Part shown: positions 1 to 11,595 of the stretch, piece by piece | Layout: every line of letters begins with the position of its first letter | Numbering within the stretch: position 1 is the first letter of the stretch | Program-made: the position numbers and the translations under genes | The notes under the pieces: generated by a model | What the model saw: the letters and a program-made list of their open reading frames with translations, nothing else | What the model was told of the DNA's origin: nothing | Database searches by the model: none | NCBI GenBank assembly: GCA_045159875.1 | Contig: CP067995.1 | Location: 2,016,001 to 2,080,000, forward strand | From: a cyanobacterium endosymbiont of Rhopalodia gibba | GTDB lineage: Bacteria; Cyanobacteriota; Cyanobacteriia; Cyanobacteriales; Microcystaceae | DNA length: 64,000 nucleotides | Direction: 5' to 3'

Positions 1-1
1 C

Positions 2-559
2 CATCATATTAGTTTTGGTCCAAATGCTAAAACATTAGCCACTGCATCTGGAGATGGAACAGTTAAATTATGGGACTTACAAGGAAATTTACAACAGTCA
101 TTTCTTGGGCATGAAGATCGGATTAATTGGCTAGATTTTAGTCCAGATAGTCAATATTTATTGACTGCTTCTAAAGACAGAACTGCCAGATTGTGGAATA
201 TTAATGGCAATCTTTTAGAAGTATTTAAAAGTGATCTTTTCCCTATTTCTCATGTTAGTCTTAGTCCTGATGCTAATTATTTGGCAACTGCTTCAAGCGA
301 TGGAACTATCCGGTTATGGGATTTTCAAGGAAATCTTCATGCTAGAATAAAAGGCTATCAGCAGCCTATTGTAGGACTTAAATTTAGTCGAGATAGTCAA
401 CAGATTATAACAGTCGCTAGGAATGGAATCGTAAGAATCTGGAGAGTACAAGAACAATTTACTCGTTTAGAAAATCTGTTAACTCAAGGATGTCAATGGC
501 TAGAAGACTATTTTGTTACTCGCCCCCAGGAAAAAGTTAAGCTAAAAGTCTGTGAATAA
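2..559 (+). CDS. WD40-repeat protein, C-terminal part (5' end outside window)
   Basis: Frame is open from base 2 (HHISFGPNAKTLATASGDGTVKLWDLQG...GHEDRINWLDFSPD) and continues into ORF 161..559; repeated LATAS.DGT.RLW WD40 units and the cyanobacterial GCxWLxDY tail. Confidence 0.9.
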   Translation, partial: HHISFGPNAKTLATASGDGTVKLWDLQGNLQQSFLGHEDRINWLDFSPDSQYLLTASKDRTARLWNINGNLLEVFKSDLFPISHVSLSPDANYLATASSDGTIRLWDFQGNLHARIKGYQQPIVGLKFSRDSQQIITVARNGIVRIWRVQEQFTRLENLLTQGCQWLEDYFVTRPQEKVKLKVCE

Positions 560-978
560 TTGAAAGTCCACTCCTTGAAGTTTATATTGAAAGTTTAAAA
601 TTGATACAAATACAAACAATAACTTCAACTAAATTTATTTAGTATGAACTTTTATCGTCTCCTTTGGTTAATAAAAACTATAAATACTTTGGTATAGAAC
701 CTGTTCAAAAAATGATGACTATCTTGAAACTTGGAATTAAGGTAAGGGCAGGGTTAAAGTAAATTGGTTAATGACCTTGATTGAAAATCATAAATTTATA
801 TAAACATAATAGTTGATTGTTTTTAATTAATTAATACTCAAGTCAATTATATCCCAGATTTTCTTCCATAAAAAATAAGATAATGATACATTAAAAAATG
901 CTTTGTTAGTACGATTAATTCGATTGCTAAGCAAACATTAGATAAATACAAGCTAAGTAAAAGTGTATTTAAAAAATA

Positions 979-1012
979 TAAAAGTCTAAAAAATTAATTT
1001 TTTAGACTTTTA
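979..1012. repeat. Perfect 34-bp palindrome
   Basis: TAAAAGTCTAAAAAATT|AATTTTTTAGACTTTTA is its own reverse complement. Confidence 0.85.
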
Positions 1013-1270
1013 AGAGTTAGACTCAATCATAAAGGAAGAAAACCGGGCTTTATAATTAGGTTATTTGAACAGTTCTTATTCTCAGTAAGATTAGAGAATA
1101 GACTTTTAGATGACATACAACTATTGGTCTTTCTGGATGTAGTTGAAGACAATTACAGAAGAAATTATAGATAAAATAGTTAACAACCATAACATATTCC
1201 TATTCAGTTTTGATGTATAAAATTATGGAATACTAAACCTTTTAGAGAGCCAATTTTAGGAGTAATAACC

Positions 1271-2437
1271 ATGACGAGTATAATCACCCCCCATGGCGGT
1301 CAATTGATTGATCGTGTCTTAAGCGGCACTAATGGACAAATTGCCTTTGAAAACGCCCATGGATTACCTCGATTAACACTTTCTAAGCGTAATCTCGCGG
1401 ATCTTGAGTGTATTGCGACTGGTGTTTATAGTCCTCTCAATGGCTTTGTCACTGAAGAAGAATATCAAGCAATCATTAACGATATGCGCTTAAAAAATGG
1501 TCTGGCGTGGTCTATTCCTGTTACTTTACAGGTTCCCAATGCTAGTTCTGAAAAATATCGCCTAGATAGTGATATTGCTTTAGTTCATCCTAATGGTGAT
1601 ATTTTGGCTGTCATGACCATTACCAGCAAATTTAAGCCCGATCAAAACCACGAAGCTCGAAATGTCTATCGTACCACCGATGAAGAGCATCCCGGGGTGA
1701 AGGCAATGCAAGCTGAGGGAGAAATTTACCTAGGCGGTCCTATCAACGTTATCAACACTATCCCCCAAAGCAGTTTTCCTGAGCACAGCTTTAGTCCAAA
1801 AATGACTCGAGAAGAGTTTGTAAAGCGTGAATGGAAGACTGTGGTTGCTTTTCAAACCCGCAATCCCATCCACCGTGCCCACGAGTATATTACTAAAATT
1901 GCTCTCGAACTAGTTGATGGATTATTCATCAATCCCTTAGTTGGGATGACAAAATCCGATGATATCCCAGCCGATGTACGGATGCAGTGCTATCTAACTT
2001 TAATTGATAAATACTATCCACAAAACCGTACCTTTTTAGGCGTTTTTCCCGCTGCGATGCGTTACGCAGGTCCACGGGAAGCAATTATGCACGCAATTGC
2101 TCGCCAGAATTATGGCTGTAGCCATTTCATTGTGGGACGAGATCATGCAGGAGTTGGAGACTATTATGGTACCTACGATGCTCAACACATCTTTGAAGAA
2201 TTTCAAGAGGATGAACTCAAGATTCAACCCATGAAATTCGAACATGCATTTTATTGTACTCGCACTCAAACTATGGCCACTGCTAAAACTAGTCCTAGCA
2301 CTCCTAAAGAAAGAATAAATTTGTCTGGGACTAAAGTCCGCAAGATGCTTAAAGAGGGTAAGACTCCTCCTCCTGAGTTTAGCCGTCCAGAAATTGCCCA
2401 AATTTTAGTGGCATCAATGCAACGAAAATTAAGCTAG
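1271..2437 (+). CDS. sat: Sulfate adenylyltransferase (ATP sulfurylase)
   Basis: PHGGQL N-terminus; QTRNPIHRAHEY, MRYAGPREA and GRDHAGVGDYYG motifs; AGGAG RBS upstream. Confidence 0.96.
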   Translation: MTSIITPHGGQLIDRVLSGTNGQIAFENAHGLPRLTLSKRNLADLECIATGVYSPLNGFVTEEEYQAIINDMRLKNGLAWSIPVTLQVPNASSEKYRLDSDIALVHPNGDILAVMTITSKFKPDQNHEARNVYRTTDEEHPGVKAMQAEGEIYLGGPINVINTIPQSSFPEHSFSPKMTREEFVKREWKTVVAFQTRNPIHRAHEYITKIALELVDGLFINPLVGMTKSDDIPADVRMQCYLTLIDKYYPQNRTFLGVFPAAMRYAGPREAIMHAIARQNYGCSHFIVGRDHAGVGDYYGTYDAQHIFEEFQEDELKIQPMKFEHAFYCTRTQTMATAKTSPSTPKERINLSGTKVRKMLKEGKTPPPEFSRPEIAQILVASMQRKLS

Positions 2438-2564
2438 TCCAGTATTGCAAATCTTAACCTGTGGAGGATATTAATGAAATTGGCCCTTCTAAACTGAGTG
2501 TTATAAATTAGTGGCTAATAACTTTTAAAACTTTTATTCTGACTGTATTCTTCTAAATTAGAAC

Positions 2565-2601
2565 TCCAAAAACTTCATTTTATGAAAATGAAGTTTTTGG
2601 A
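2565..2601. terminator. Perfect inverted repeat downstream of sat, likely terminator
   Basis: TCCAAAAACTTCATTTT-ATG-AAAATGAAGTTTTTGGA, 17-bp arms. Confidence 0.6.
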
Positions 2602-2923
2602 ATCTTAGAAACCTGACAAAGTTAAAATTTTCAACTTTTGCTTATTATGATTTTCTCACAACTAGTCTATAAAAGTCATAATAATCTTCTCCTAAGCCTT
2701 TCTTAGCCGATATCTAATTCTTTTCGACTAAATAAACTATTTAAGTTTCATTAAATAAATAATTGATAGTTTGTAGTGGGAATCAACAACTATTGACCTC
2801 AACTTTAATACTTAGATTAGTTCATAAACTTGATATGATTAGCAACGGTTGGCTGTTTTAATAAGAAAAAAGTCCGACCTCTGCCAACTTGTAACTTTTA
2901 ACCTCTGACTTGACGAATCTATT

Positions 2924-4213
2924 TTGACTACCTCTACTCTATTCCGAAAAGTCCGATTATTAGATCCTTTCTCCAATACCGACACTATTGCTGATGTTTG
3001 GTTGGCTGAAGGAAAAATTCAAGCTATTAACTCCAATATTGACTTTTTACCCCCAGATACCACTGTCATTGAGGAACAAGGATTGATTCTAGGTCCAGGT
3101 TTAGTCGAGCTTTATAGTTATAGTGGCGAACCTGGATTTGAATACCGAGAAACTTTAGCTTCTCTTGCTGCTTCGGCGATTGCTGGAGGGTTTACCCGTG
3201 TAGCTATCTTACCTGACACAATTCCAGCCATTGATACGTTAGCTGCCCTATCTTTATTACAACAAAAATCCCAAACCTTACAGATATCCCCTAAGCTTTA
3301 TTTTTGGGGAAACTTAACTGTGGGAGGAAAAGAGAGAGAAATGACGGAACTAATAGAATTAGCAACAGGAGGAATTGTAGGATTTACCGATAGTCAGGGT
3401 ATAGAAAATTTGGGGTTGTTACGACGAATATTAGAATATATTAAACCAATAGGGAAACCCGTAGCCTTGGTTCCTGAATGTCGATCTCTTAAAGGAAATG
3501 GAGTGATGCGTGAAGGACCTCTATCGATTCATTACGGACTTGTAGGAAATCCTCAAATCAGTGAAACAACGGCTATTGCCGCTATTTTAGAGATGGTGAC
3601 CGTCATTAACACTCCTGTACATCTTAGAGGAATCTCAACCCATCGGGGAGTGGAATTAGTTGCCTGGGGAAAAGCGAGAGGAATACCTGTAACTGCTAGT
3701 ACCTCTTGGCTGAACTTATTATTAGATACTCAAGATATCGCTAATTATGATACAAATTTACGCATAGAACCCCCACTAGGCCATGCAGAAGACCGTCAGT
3801 CTCTCAAAAATGGAATAAAACAAGGAATTATTGACGCAATTGCCGTTAATCATCGCTCTTATAGTTATGAAGAAAAAATAGTTCCTTTTGCACAAGCCCC
3901 TCCAGGAGCGATTGGGCTAGAATTAGCCTTACCACTATTATGGGAGAATCTAGTCATTAGCGGAGAATTGACTCCCCTACAATTGTGGAGAGCTTTAAGC
4001 AATAACCCTCAAAGATGTTTAGGACAAGAGTTAACTTCTTTAAAGGTGGGACAAGCAGCAGAATTAATTCTTTTTGATCCACAAAAACTCTGGACAGTGG
4101 ACTCATCTAATCTTCATTGTTTAGGGAAAAATACTTCCTGGTGGGGTCGTGAAGTTAGAGGACGGGTCGTCATGTCAGTGAGGTCAATAACTCAAAAGTC
4201 TAACGATCAATAG
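2924..4213 (+). CDS. pyrC: Dihydroorotase-family protein (cyanobacterial PyrC-like, metal ligands degenerate)
   Basis: GPGLVELYSYSGEPG, AAxAGGFT, PPLG, GLELALPLLW and AELILFDP match the amidohydrolase/DHOase fold; TTG start. Confidence 0.85.
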   Translation: MTTSTLFRKVRLLDPFSNTDTIADVWLAEGKIQAINSNIDFLPPDTTVIEEQGLILGPGLVELYSYSGEPGFEYRETLASLAASAIAGGFTRVAILPDTIPAIDTLAALSLLQQKSQTLQISPKLYFWGNLTVGGKEREMTELIELATGGIVGFTDSQGIENLGLLRRILEYIKPIGKPVALVPECRSLKGNGVMREGPLSIHYGLVGNPQISETTAIAAILEMVTVINTPVHLRGISTHRGVELVAWGKARGIPVTASTSWLNLLLDTQDIANYDTNLRIEPPLGHAEDRQSLKNGIKQGIIDAIAVNHRSYSYEEKIVPFAQAPPGAIGLELALPLLWENLVISGELTPLQLWRALSNNPQRCLGQELTSLKVGQAAELILFDPQKLWTVDSSNLHCLGKNTSWWGREVRGRVVMSVRSITQKSNDQ

Positions 4214-4507
4214 ATAATCTTTGCACACTACCGAGGTTGTCTAAGAAGACTTATTTAATATATAGACATTGGAAACACATAACTATAGCTGACAAATAAG
4301 ACAAGACACTGTTTAATGCCTCGCACTATGTGAGCAGGTGTGATGTCGATGTTAAAAAGCGTAAAAATAAATTGACAAATTATCCTAATGTTAGGTAGAG
4401 TACAGATCCGCATTTTGAAACCGGCTACTTTGTTTTCCTTCTTTCTATTGCCTGACCTATGACAGGGTAGCTGGTCTAAGCTAGTATCATTGGGAATTTT
4501 TACGAAG

Positions 4508-5236
4508 GTGTATCGATTAGTTGTCGAATCCATCCAAGACCTAAATCAGAAGATCAGTCTAAATCCTGAACAACAGCATTATTTAAGGCGAGTTTTGAGA
4601 TTAAATGACGGCGATAACTTTGTTGCAATGAATGGCCAAGGTCAATCCTACCTAGCACAATTTGCAGAGAATTCGGCTCAGATTTTAGAGATTTTTAAGG
4701 AATTAACAGAACTACCCATTGCGGTTACTTTAATAATTGCTCTTCCTAAAGGCAATGGCTTTAATGAAATTGTTCGTTGTTGTACTGAATTAGGGGTAAC
4801 GACCCTAATCCCAACCATTAGTCAGCGTACTTTACTTAAACCCAGTTCTCACAAACTCGAAAGATGGCGTAAAATTGCTACTGAAGCGGCCGAACAGTCA
4901 GAACGTCAAATTGTTCCCACAATCATCGAACCTATACTGTTTGAAAAACTTTTAATAAGTATAAACAAGACTGCTGTTGATCACTATATTTGTGTCCCTC
5001 GTAGGGAAGTAAGACACTTATTAACTTACTTGCCTAATTCCCCTCGAAAATCTATAGTGATTGCTACAGGATGCGAAGGAGGTTGGACAGATGAAGAAGT
5101 AGAAAAAGCTATCACCTCTGGATTTCAACCCGTTACCCTAGGTCGTCGTATTCTCCGGGCTATAACCGCTCCCATTGTTGCTTTATCCTTAGTAACTTCT
5201 GTTATTGAACGAGAGCTTATGACAATCGAAACATAG
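4508..5236 (+). CDS. rsmE: 16S rRNA m3U1498 methyltransferase
   Basis: HYLRRVLRL, TELGV, EAAEQSER, GCEGGW and LGRRILRA motifs; GTG start at 4508 preferred over TTG at 4490. Confidence 0.93.
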   Translation: MYRLVVESIQDLNQKISLNPEQQHYLRRVLRLNDGDNFVAMNGQGQSYLAQFAENSAQILEIFKELTELPIAVTLIIALPKGNGFNEIVRCCTELGVTTLIPTISQRTLLKPSSHKLERWRKIATEAAEQSERQIVPTIIEPILFEKLLISINKTAVDHYICVPRREVRHLLTYLPNSPRKSIVIATGCEGGWTDEEVEKAITSGFQPVTLGRRILRAITAPIVALSLVTSVIERELMTIET

Positions 5237-5334
5237 TTTAGAAGATCACTAAATTTTAAAAATTTATTAAAAAACTAATTTAACCTAAAATTCATCGTCA
5301 AAAGTTATGATGTTAATCATTCTCTTTGTACTTG

Positions 5335-6100
5335 TCCCGCTCTGTTTTTTCTACTATGCTTCCCAGGTTTCTATGCTCGAGCTGCTCACCGAAGCTATCA
5401 ATCGTCAAGGTCCTTCTGCAGCATACTAACTGCTCCAACAATTAGGGAAAAGTATATCTCGACAATCCTTCAATCGTATTTTGTACAGCCTTATACATAA
5501 GCTAGAAAGCAATTTGATTGTACTTAAATAAGGCTAGCTAGCAGAGAAATCAAGTCATAAATCATAAGTTTATAGCCAAAATAAAATATACTAGGGACTC
5601 CATCAAATACATTTGGGAAAAAAGAAGACAATTAACGTCAACAGATTTTAGCCCAAGTTATGGAAAATCAAGATAGCCAAAAAAGGCTCCTATTAATTAA
5701 TGTTAAAAACAATTCTAGACAATCGAAGTAAGTGACGGCTTACAAAGCCTAAAAAATCATGTAAATAGCCCTAGCTCGCCTACAATTACCTAGTCGCTAT
5801 TAGCGATTATGTCGAACAGAAGCTGAAAGGAAGATTTTATTTTTATGCTTAACAACTCCAACAAGCAGATATTCTCGATTTTGTGGTGTTACTTAGAGAT
5901 ATTACCACTTTATTCAAATGTATCGAGTGCTATAAGTTGAGTCACTGATTCCTAAAATCACCCTAATTTATCAACGGCAAAAAATTACCGGCTAATCCTA
6001 ACATTTGGCTGCTCTAAGGCTGGTCAACTGGTAGAAAAAATATTTTACTTTAGGGAATGTGCGAAGGTGAAGTCACGGAAAAAATTACAACGTAGAACCG
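5335..6100 (+). pseudogene. Unassigned decayed gene
   Basis: Protein-like read-through with scattered stops (MLELLTEAINRQGPSAAY*LLQQLGKSISRQSFNRIL...ALARLQLPSRY*RLCRTEAERKILFLCL...LIPKITLIYQRQKI); GC higher than the AT-rich spacers; family not recognised. Confidence 0.45.
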
Positions 6101-6728
6101 AAACTCTAGACTGTGAGAAGCTTTTTCATCTTAAATTTACCCAAACAAAAGAAAATCTCCTTTTATGAGATTTAGCAAGTTACTGATTGATGAAAGAGGA
6201 ACAATCCATCATAGTTAGGTTCATTTGGTAAACTTGATAAATGAGCAGTTAATTAATAATAAAATTCGGTTAAAATTTCTCTTTTTTGGAGAATCAGCTC
6301 TCAATTTTTTAAAACGCCTTCAGTCTGTCCCTTCCAATGTAAACTCACTCCGTTGTAAAAATACCTCTGGGGATGTAGCCTTTCAGCTGTTTAATGGATT
6401 AATCCCTTTTAAGAGGATGTCCTAAGAATAAATTACTCGATTCAATGTTATAATTAAGTTAGATAGCGGCAGTGACTTAAAGTTATTTCCTGGTCTTGAC
6501 ACGATGAACAAAGAACAACTTCGAGACTTGCTAGTGGGGAAACCCCCAGAAATTCTTCATCATTTCTCTCAAAAAACAGCTAAAAACAGCTAAAAAATAC
6601 CGATATCTTATCGGCACGTGCCTATGGACTAGTAAAGAGCCAACCTCCTGGGATAAGACGGGGGTTAGACAACTTGCTGTCTAGTATTATGTAGGTTTCA
6701 TGAAGTATAATGGCTTATCCTAACAACT

Positions 6729-7478
6729 ATGAACGACGACGACCTTAGCGTAATTGAGACGACGGATCAATTTGGTGAACCATTAGATTTCTTAGACTCT
6801 GCTCGTTCTGAACTCCCGCTTCCTGACCCAGAGTCAATATTACCTCTGTTAACAGATCCAAACCCATCACAAAGGATGTTAGCAGCGCGTGTGTTCTGCG
6901 AACTGCAAGACCAACGGGCGATTGCTCCTCTGATTGACCTGTTGAACGACATTTGTCCTCTAGTAAGGGTTAGTGCGGCCTACGCCTTGGGGAAAAACAC
7001 TAGCCCTGATGCTGTGGAAGCATTGATTGAACTATTAAAACAGGATTGGAATGGGTATGTCCGTAAAGGTATTGTTTGGGCTTTAGGGAATGGAGGAGAT
7101 CGCCGTGCATTAAATCCTCTAATTCATGCTGTTAAAACGGATATTTCAGCAGTACGTCTTTGGGCTGCTAGTAGTTTAGCTCAAATCGCTAAGCTAGAAT
7201 ACGAAGATGTCATAGCGGCTATTGCCCCTTTGATTGAAGGGTTAAGACATGACTGCGTGGCTGCGGTCCGTGGTAATTGCGCCTGGGCAATTGGTCAATT
7301 ATGTCGAGAGATACCTTCTAATATGGTTTATACAACGGCAATAGATGCGTTGATTGAAGCATTAGCCAAAGATGAAGATTTAGGGGTTAAAGAGGATGCT
7401 AGAAATGCGCTGCTTAAGGTTGGCGCTCCTAGGGGACTGCAAATGATTGAAGAACTTGAACTTGAAGGACTGATCTAG
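6729..7478 (+). CDS. HEAT-repeat (PBS lyase-like) protein
   Basis: Tandem VRxxAAxALG helical repeats (LVRVSAAYALG, YVRKGIVWALG, AVRLWAASSLA). Confidence 0.9.
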   Translation: MNDDDLSVIETTDQFGEPLDFLDSARSELPLPDPESILPLLTDPNPSQRMLAARVFCELQDQRAIAPLIDLLNDICPLVRVSAAYALGKNTSPDAVEALIELLKQDWNGYVRKGIVWALGNGGDRRALNPLIHAVKTDISAVRLWAASSLAQIAKLEYEDVIAAIAPLIEGLRHDCVAAVRGNCAWAIGQLCREIPSNMVYTTAIDALIEALAKDEDLGVKEDARNALLKVGAPRGLQMIEELELEGLI

Positions 7479-7610
7479 TTAATTTGAGTCGTTAGACGTA
7501 ATCAGACAATAGTTAAGCTCTCAAATTTATTAATATTTGTTAACATAGAATTATTGATTATTTATCTATCCCAAAATGTAACAGTAGAGTTCACACTCAG
7601 ACATTTTGCA

Positions 7611-8219
7611 ATGACAAAACCTTTAATTTTAGGCATTAGTGGCGCATCGGGGTTAATTTATGCTGTTCGTGCTTTGAAGTTTCTCCTCGAAGCAGATGTT
7701 GTGGTCGAAGTAGTAGCTTCAAAAGCGACCTATATGGTATGGGAGGCTGAGCAAGGAACCAGAATACCTATTGTTCCTGAAAAACAAGCAGAATTTTGGC
7801 GAAATCAAGCAGAAGTACCCAAAAAAGGTAGACTTAACTGTCATCGTTGGGGAGACTTAGGTGCAACCATTGCTAGTGGTTCTTTTCGGACATTCGGAAT
7901 GGTGATTCTACCATGTAGCATGAGTACAGTAGCTAAGTTAGCAATGGGGTTAAGTTCAGACCTGCTTGAACGAGCTGCCGATGTTCAAATTAAAGAGGGT
8001 CGTTCTTTAGTTATTGTTCCCCGCGAAACCCCTTTAAGCTTGATTCACCTCCGAAATTTGACGACCTTAGCTGAAGTTGGGGTTAAGGTGGTTCCTGCCA
8101 TTCCTGCTTGGTATCATCATCCTCAAACTATTGAAGACTTAGTAGATTTTGTGGTAGCTCGAACCTTAGATCAACTAGACATTGATTGTGTTCCTTTTAA
8201 CCGTTGGCAAGGTCATTAA
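7611..8219 (+). CDS. ubiX: Flavin prenyltransferase UbiX
   Basis: ILGISGASG, IASGS, PCSMSTVAK and PRETPLS motifs; ATG at 7611 (MTKPLILG) is the likely start. Confidence 0.95.
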   Translation: MTKPLILGISGASGLIYAVRALKFLLEADVVVEVVASKATYMVWEAEQGTRIPIVPEKQAEFWRNQAEVPKKGRLNCHRWGDLGATIASGSFRTFGMVILPCSMSTVAKLAMGLSSDLLERAADVQIKEGRSLVIVPRETPLSLIHLRNLTTLAEVGVKVVPAIPAWYHHPQTIEDLVDFVVARTLDQLDIDCVPFNRWQGH

Positions 8220-8504
8220 TCAGTTAACGTCTTTGTAGACGGAAGTATAGCTAGAAAGTATACTTAAAAAGTTTTCATTGAAATACCCAATATTGCCAAA
8301 AAACACATTAAAGTTTAACTTTAATGTTATTTATTAGAACTTTTAAAGTCGTCATTTTAGCGGTTGAAAAATTCTACCAGACTTTTTCATAATATTGCTT
8401 TTAGATTTTTATATAGAGCTAAATAATAACGATTGCACATCAATAAAAAAAATTTTTAAAACTATCTTAATAATAATTCTCTAAACATTTTCTTTGAGCA
8501 AATA

Positions 8505-8745
8505 AAAACTGAAACAGATGCTTGTCCTGTTGAATAAGATATTACTAAAAGTTAACCTGAATGCGATTGGTTAACCTTTAAAGAAAACAAAGTTCGCCTA
8601 AAAGATACTACTAAAAGTTTAGCCTGTCAATTGGTTAATCTGGACAGTAATTTTTGTGCTTTTCATTAGTATAATCGACATATAGTAAATCTCAAAAAAA
8701 TAGCTGAAAGCAGATTATTTACTAGCAAATAGTCAGATTTAATGG
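8505..8745 (+). pseudogene. Unassigned gene remnant
   Basis: Read-through frame with few stops (TDACPVE*DITKS*PECDWLTFKENKVRLKDTTKSLACQLVNLDSNF) inside an AT-rich spacer. Confidence 0.3.
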
Positions 8746-9671
8746 TGATCATTTTATTATCTTCTTGTCGACTACAGAAGGTTAAAAGTATTTCTACTTA
8801 ACCCGTTATTTTAAACTTAAAATGAAGATAAAGTTGGATTTTAAATCATAAGTCTATTTTAAAAAGCTATTACTATTGTATTCATCATAGAGAGCGATAG
8901 CTTTTGTGTTTAAATTAAATCATGCTTCACTTATTTTAATAACTGTAGTTCTAATTTTTTTATTGTACATAGTCGGCAATAGATTTATTGACTGAGTTAA
9001 ATAGTTAATAAAAATAAATAAATATTGCAAGTTTCTCTAAGAATAGTAAAACTAAAAATTGTTAATTTTTTCAAAAATTTATTGTTTAAAAATAAAAAAA
9101 ACTTCAATAAAAAGTTCAGATATATTGGACACTATTTATTAGTTCAAACCTAAGTAACTTAGCTATTCTATACTAGAAATACTTTAGTGTTAACCAATAA
9201 ACTCTGAAAATAAGTTTTTATAAAAAATTTTTTATACAATTAAAATTTTGCAGAGGTTTTTATCAATTTAAATAAATCAAATAAATTAATTTAAAAATTA
9301 AAATAAAATTAATATATCAATCTATAATTTATCAAGTATCGATGTTATCCTTAAATAAGTTTATCTTTATAAATAGTTAAATAATAAATTATTAAGCAAT
9401 TCTAAATTTTATTAATAATTTATAAACAAAAGAATAAATTATATTTATTAATTTAGATACGTAAGTTTACAGTAGCAGATTTAATATTTCTAGGTTAGAA
9501 TTATCTTTGCTCCACTATAAACCGTCAAAATCAACTGGACTATACCTTGTTCACGGTTTGGTTGAGTGTCATAATTTTTGTAACAGATTTTTTTATTTAC
9601 AATGAAGTGTCTCTCTCATTGCTTGGTTTTGAGATAGACAAGATTGATAATAACAATATCGGAAGCTATTT

Positions 9672-10484
9672 ATGACTGATCTAGTTCAACAACTCAACAT
9701 TATCAATGAACTTGCTGATGTTTCAGGAAAAGTTATTTATCAATATTTTAGACAACCTAATATTGAGATTGAAACAAAACACTTCGACCGATCTTCTATT
9801 GTGACTATTGCTGATCGCGCTGCTGAAGAAGCAATGGTCGAAGTTTTGCGGCAAAAAGCCTCAAGTGATGGGATAATTCGAGAAGAAGGGGATAATATTC
9901 CCTCTCAAAATGGTCGTTATTGGGTACTTGATCCCATTGATGGAACCTCGTCTTTTGTCAAAGGATTACCTATTTTTGGGACATTAATAGGGTTAATAGA
10001 TGAGGCTTATAACGTTCCTCTACTCGGTTGTATGAATCAACCTATCTTACAGAAAAGATGGTTGGGAATACATGGAAAACTACCTACTTTGAATGGAAGA
10101 CTGGTCAAAAATTTGTACGTTAAACTAACTGATAGTCACTTAAAAGACGCCTGTCTTGCCTCAACAACTCCCATGATGTTCGTCACTAAAAGACAACAAA
10201 TGATTGCGGCTAAATTACAAGATGTTTGTAAACGAATAGCTTTTGGAGGAGACTGTTACAACTATGTATCGTTAGCCAGTGGTTGGAGTTCTATGCCAAT
10301 GGTTATCCTAGAATCGGATCTTAAGTACTATGATTTTTGTGCTTTGATTCCCATTATTGAAGGAGCTGGATGTATTATAACTGACTGGTCAGGAAATTCA
10401 CTTAATCGTCAATCAACAGAGGTTTTGGCAACCTCTAACCAAACTTTACATGAGCAAGCTTTAGCGGTCATAAATCGTCAATAA
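9672..10484 (+). CDS. hisN: Inositol monophosphatase family protein, likely histidinol-phosphate phosphatase (HisN type)
   Basis: VTIADRAAE, WVLDPIDGTSSF, FGTLIGL, FGGDCYNY and IIEGAG..ITDW motifs. Confidence 0.75.
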   Translation: MTDLVQQLNIINELADVSGKVIYQYFRQPNIEIETKHFDRSSIVTIADRAAEEAMVEVLRQKASSDGIIREEGDNIPSQNGRYWVLDPIDGTSSFVKGLPIFGTLIGLIDEAYNVPLLGCMNQPILQKRWLGIHGKLPTLNGRLVKNLYVKLTDSHLKDACLASTTPMMFVTKRQQMIAAKLQDVCKRIAFGGDCYNYVSLASGWSSMPMVILESDLKYYDFCALIPIIEGAGCIITDWSGNSLNRQSTEVLATSNQTLHEQALAVINRQ

Positions 10485-10543
10485 TAAAGTCTTTAATTTA
10501 ATTAAAAATCTACCTGACTATTTTCTATATAAAGGCATAGTGA

Positions 10544-10902
10544 TTAAAACTTAGCAGAACTGGCGAGAATTGCTTGCCCAAAATAGTGTTGTAGGTCCAA
10601 AAAAACACTGCACAGTCATGCTAATAAGTGCTCCTGCCTGCTGTGAGTAAATATCAATCCTTACCGCAAGAACTTACTATATTACTCAGTTGAATGATAA
10701 CAGGAGCAAGATTAGGAGTTCTACCGAGATAGACTAAAGCGATGAGTAAATCATTCCAAACCCAAAGGAATTGAAACACGGCACAAGAGGCTAAAGTCGG
10801 CATAAAAAGGGGAACACTAAGTTTAGTGAAAATTTTGAGATGAGATGCCCCATTAACTTTGGCTGCTTCTATAAGAGCCTTAGGTAATGCACCACGGCTC
10901 AT
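10544..10902 (-). pseudogene. Carbohydrate ABC transporter permease remnant (GgtD/AglG-like), 5' half deleted
   Basis: EAA loop LIEAAKVNGAS and FQFLWVWNDLLIALVYL; past a TGA (Trp to stop) it continues as YLLTAG, then a 4-bp GCAG duplication frameshift, GALISMTV and LQHYFGQAILASSAKF*. Confidence 0.85.
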
Positions 10903-11526
10903 AGTACATTTTTAAATAAAATAAGAATAGTTGAACTTATCAAAAAAATATATTCAACATCAATTTGTATTTATTGTAGTTTAATCACTAAAAAATTTCA
11001 TCAAAATAATGAATTAACTATCAGAAAATTGCTTGGAGCAGAGAGGTCCGTATATCTCAATATTAATTGTCGTTAAATAAAATGTGATAAATATGGGACA
11101 TATCTACAGAATAGTTAAGCTATCCTAAACAATGAATAACATATCATGAAGAATTTAATATAAAAATTATTGAGGAGTCTTTAAATAGTAATATGAAGAA
11201 TGTAGCAATAAAAAATAAAGTAAACAAAATAAAAATAATGCTTAAAGATCTAGATTTAGACAAAAAATACAGATTAAAAAAATATTAAAATAATTTAAAA
11301 CCAATAAAATAAAATTAAAGTATGTGTAAATTAACACCACATATTAATAATTTTAGATAGACAAAAATCTATAAAAATTTGAAAAATAAGAACATATAAA
11401 GAGGCAGTAAAATATCTATAAATTTTAAAATTAAGTTTTTTAGGTCCACTTAACAAACTTAGTTGAAATTATTAAACAATCTCTATTTAGATAGGTCAAT
11501 ATTTTAATACTTGACAAAACCAGTAT

Positions 11527-11560
11527 AAAAGCTTGCTAAGCTCTAATTTAGCAAGCTTTT
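11527..11560. repeat. Perfect inverted repeat
   Basis: AAAAGCTTGCTAA-N8-TTAGCAAGCTTTT. Confidence 0.75.
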
Positions 11561-11595
11561 TGATATTAGTTAAATAGTCTATAAATTAGAATAAA

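Noticed and set aside
4255..4533. 92-aa minus-strand ORF between pyrC and rsmE
   Set aside because: It overlaps the rsmE start and has no recognisable motif
6500..6700. Short ORF start (MNKEQLRDLLVG), a 10-bp tandem duplication and a weak IS-end-like hairpin
   Set aside because: No consistent element structure; probably a decayed gene plus the promoter of the HEAT-repeat gene
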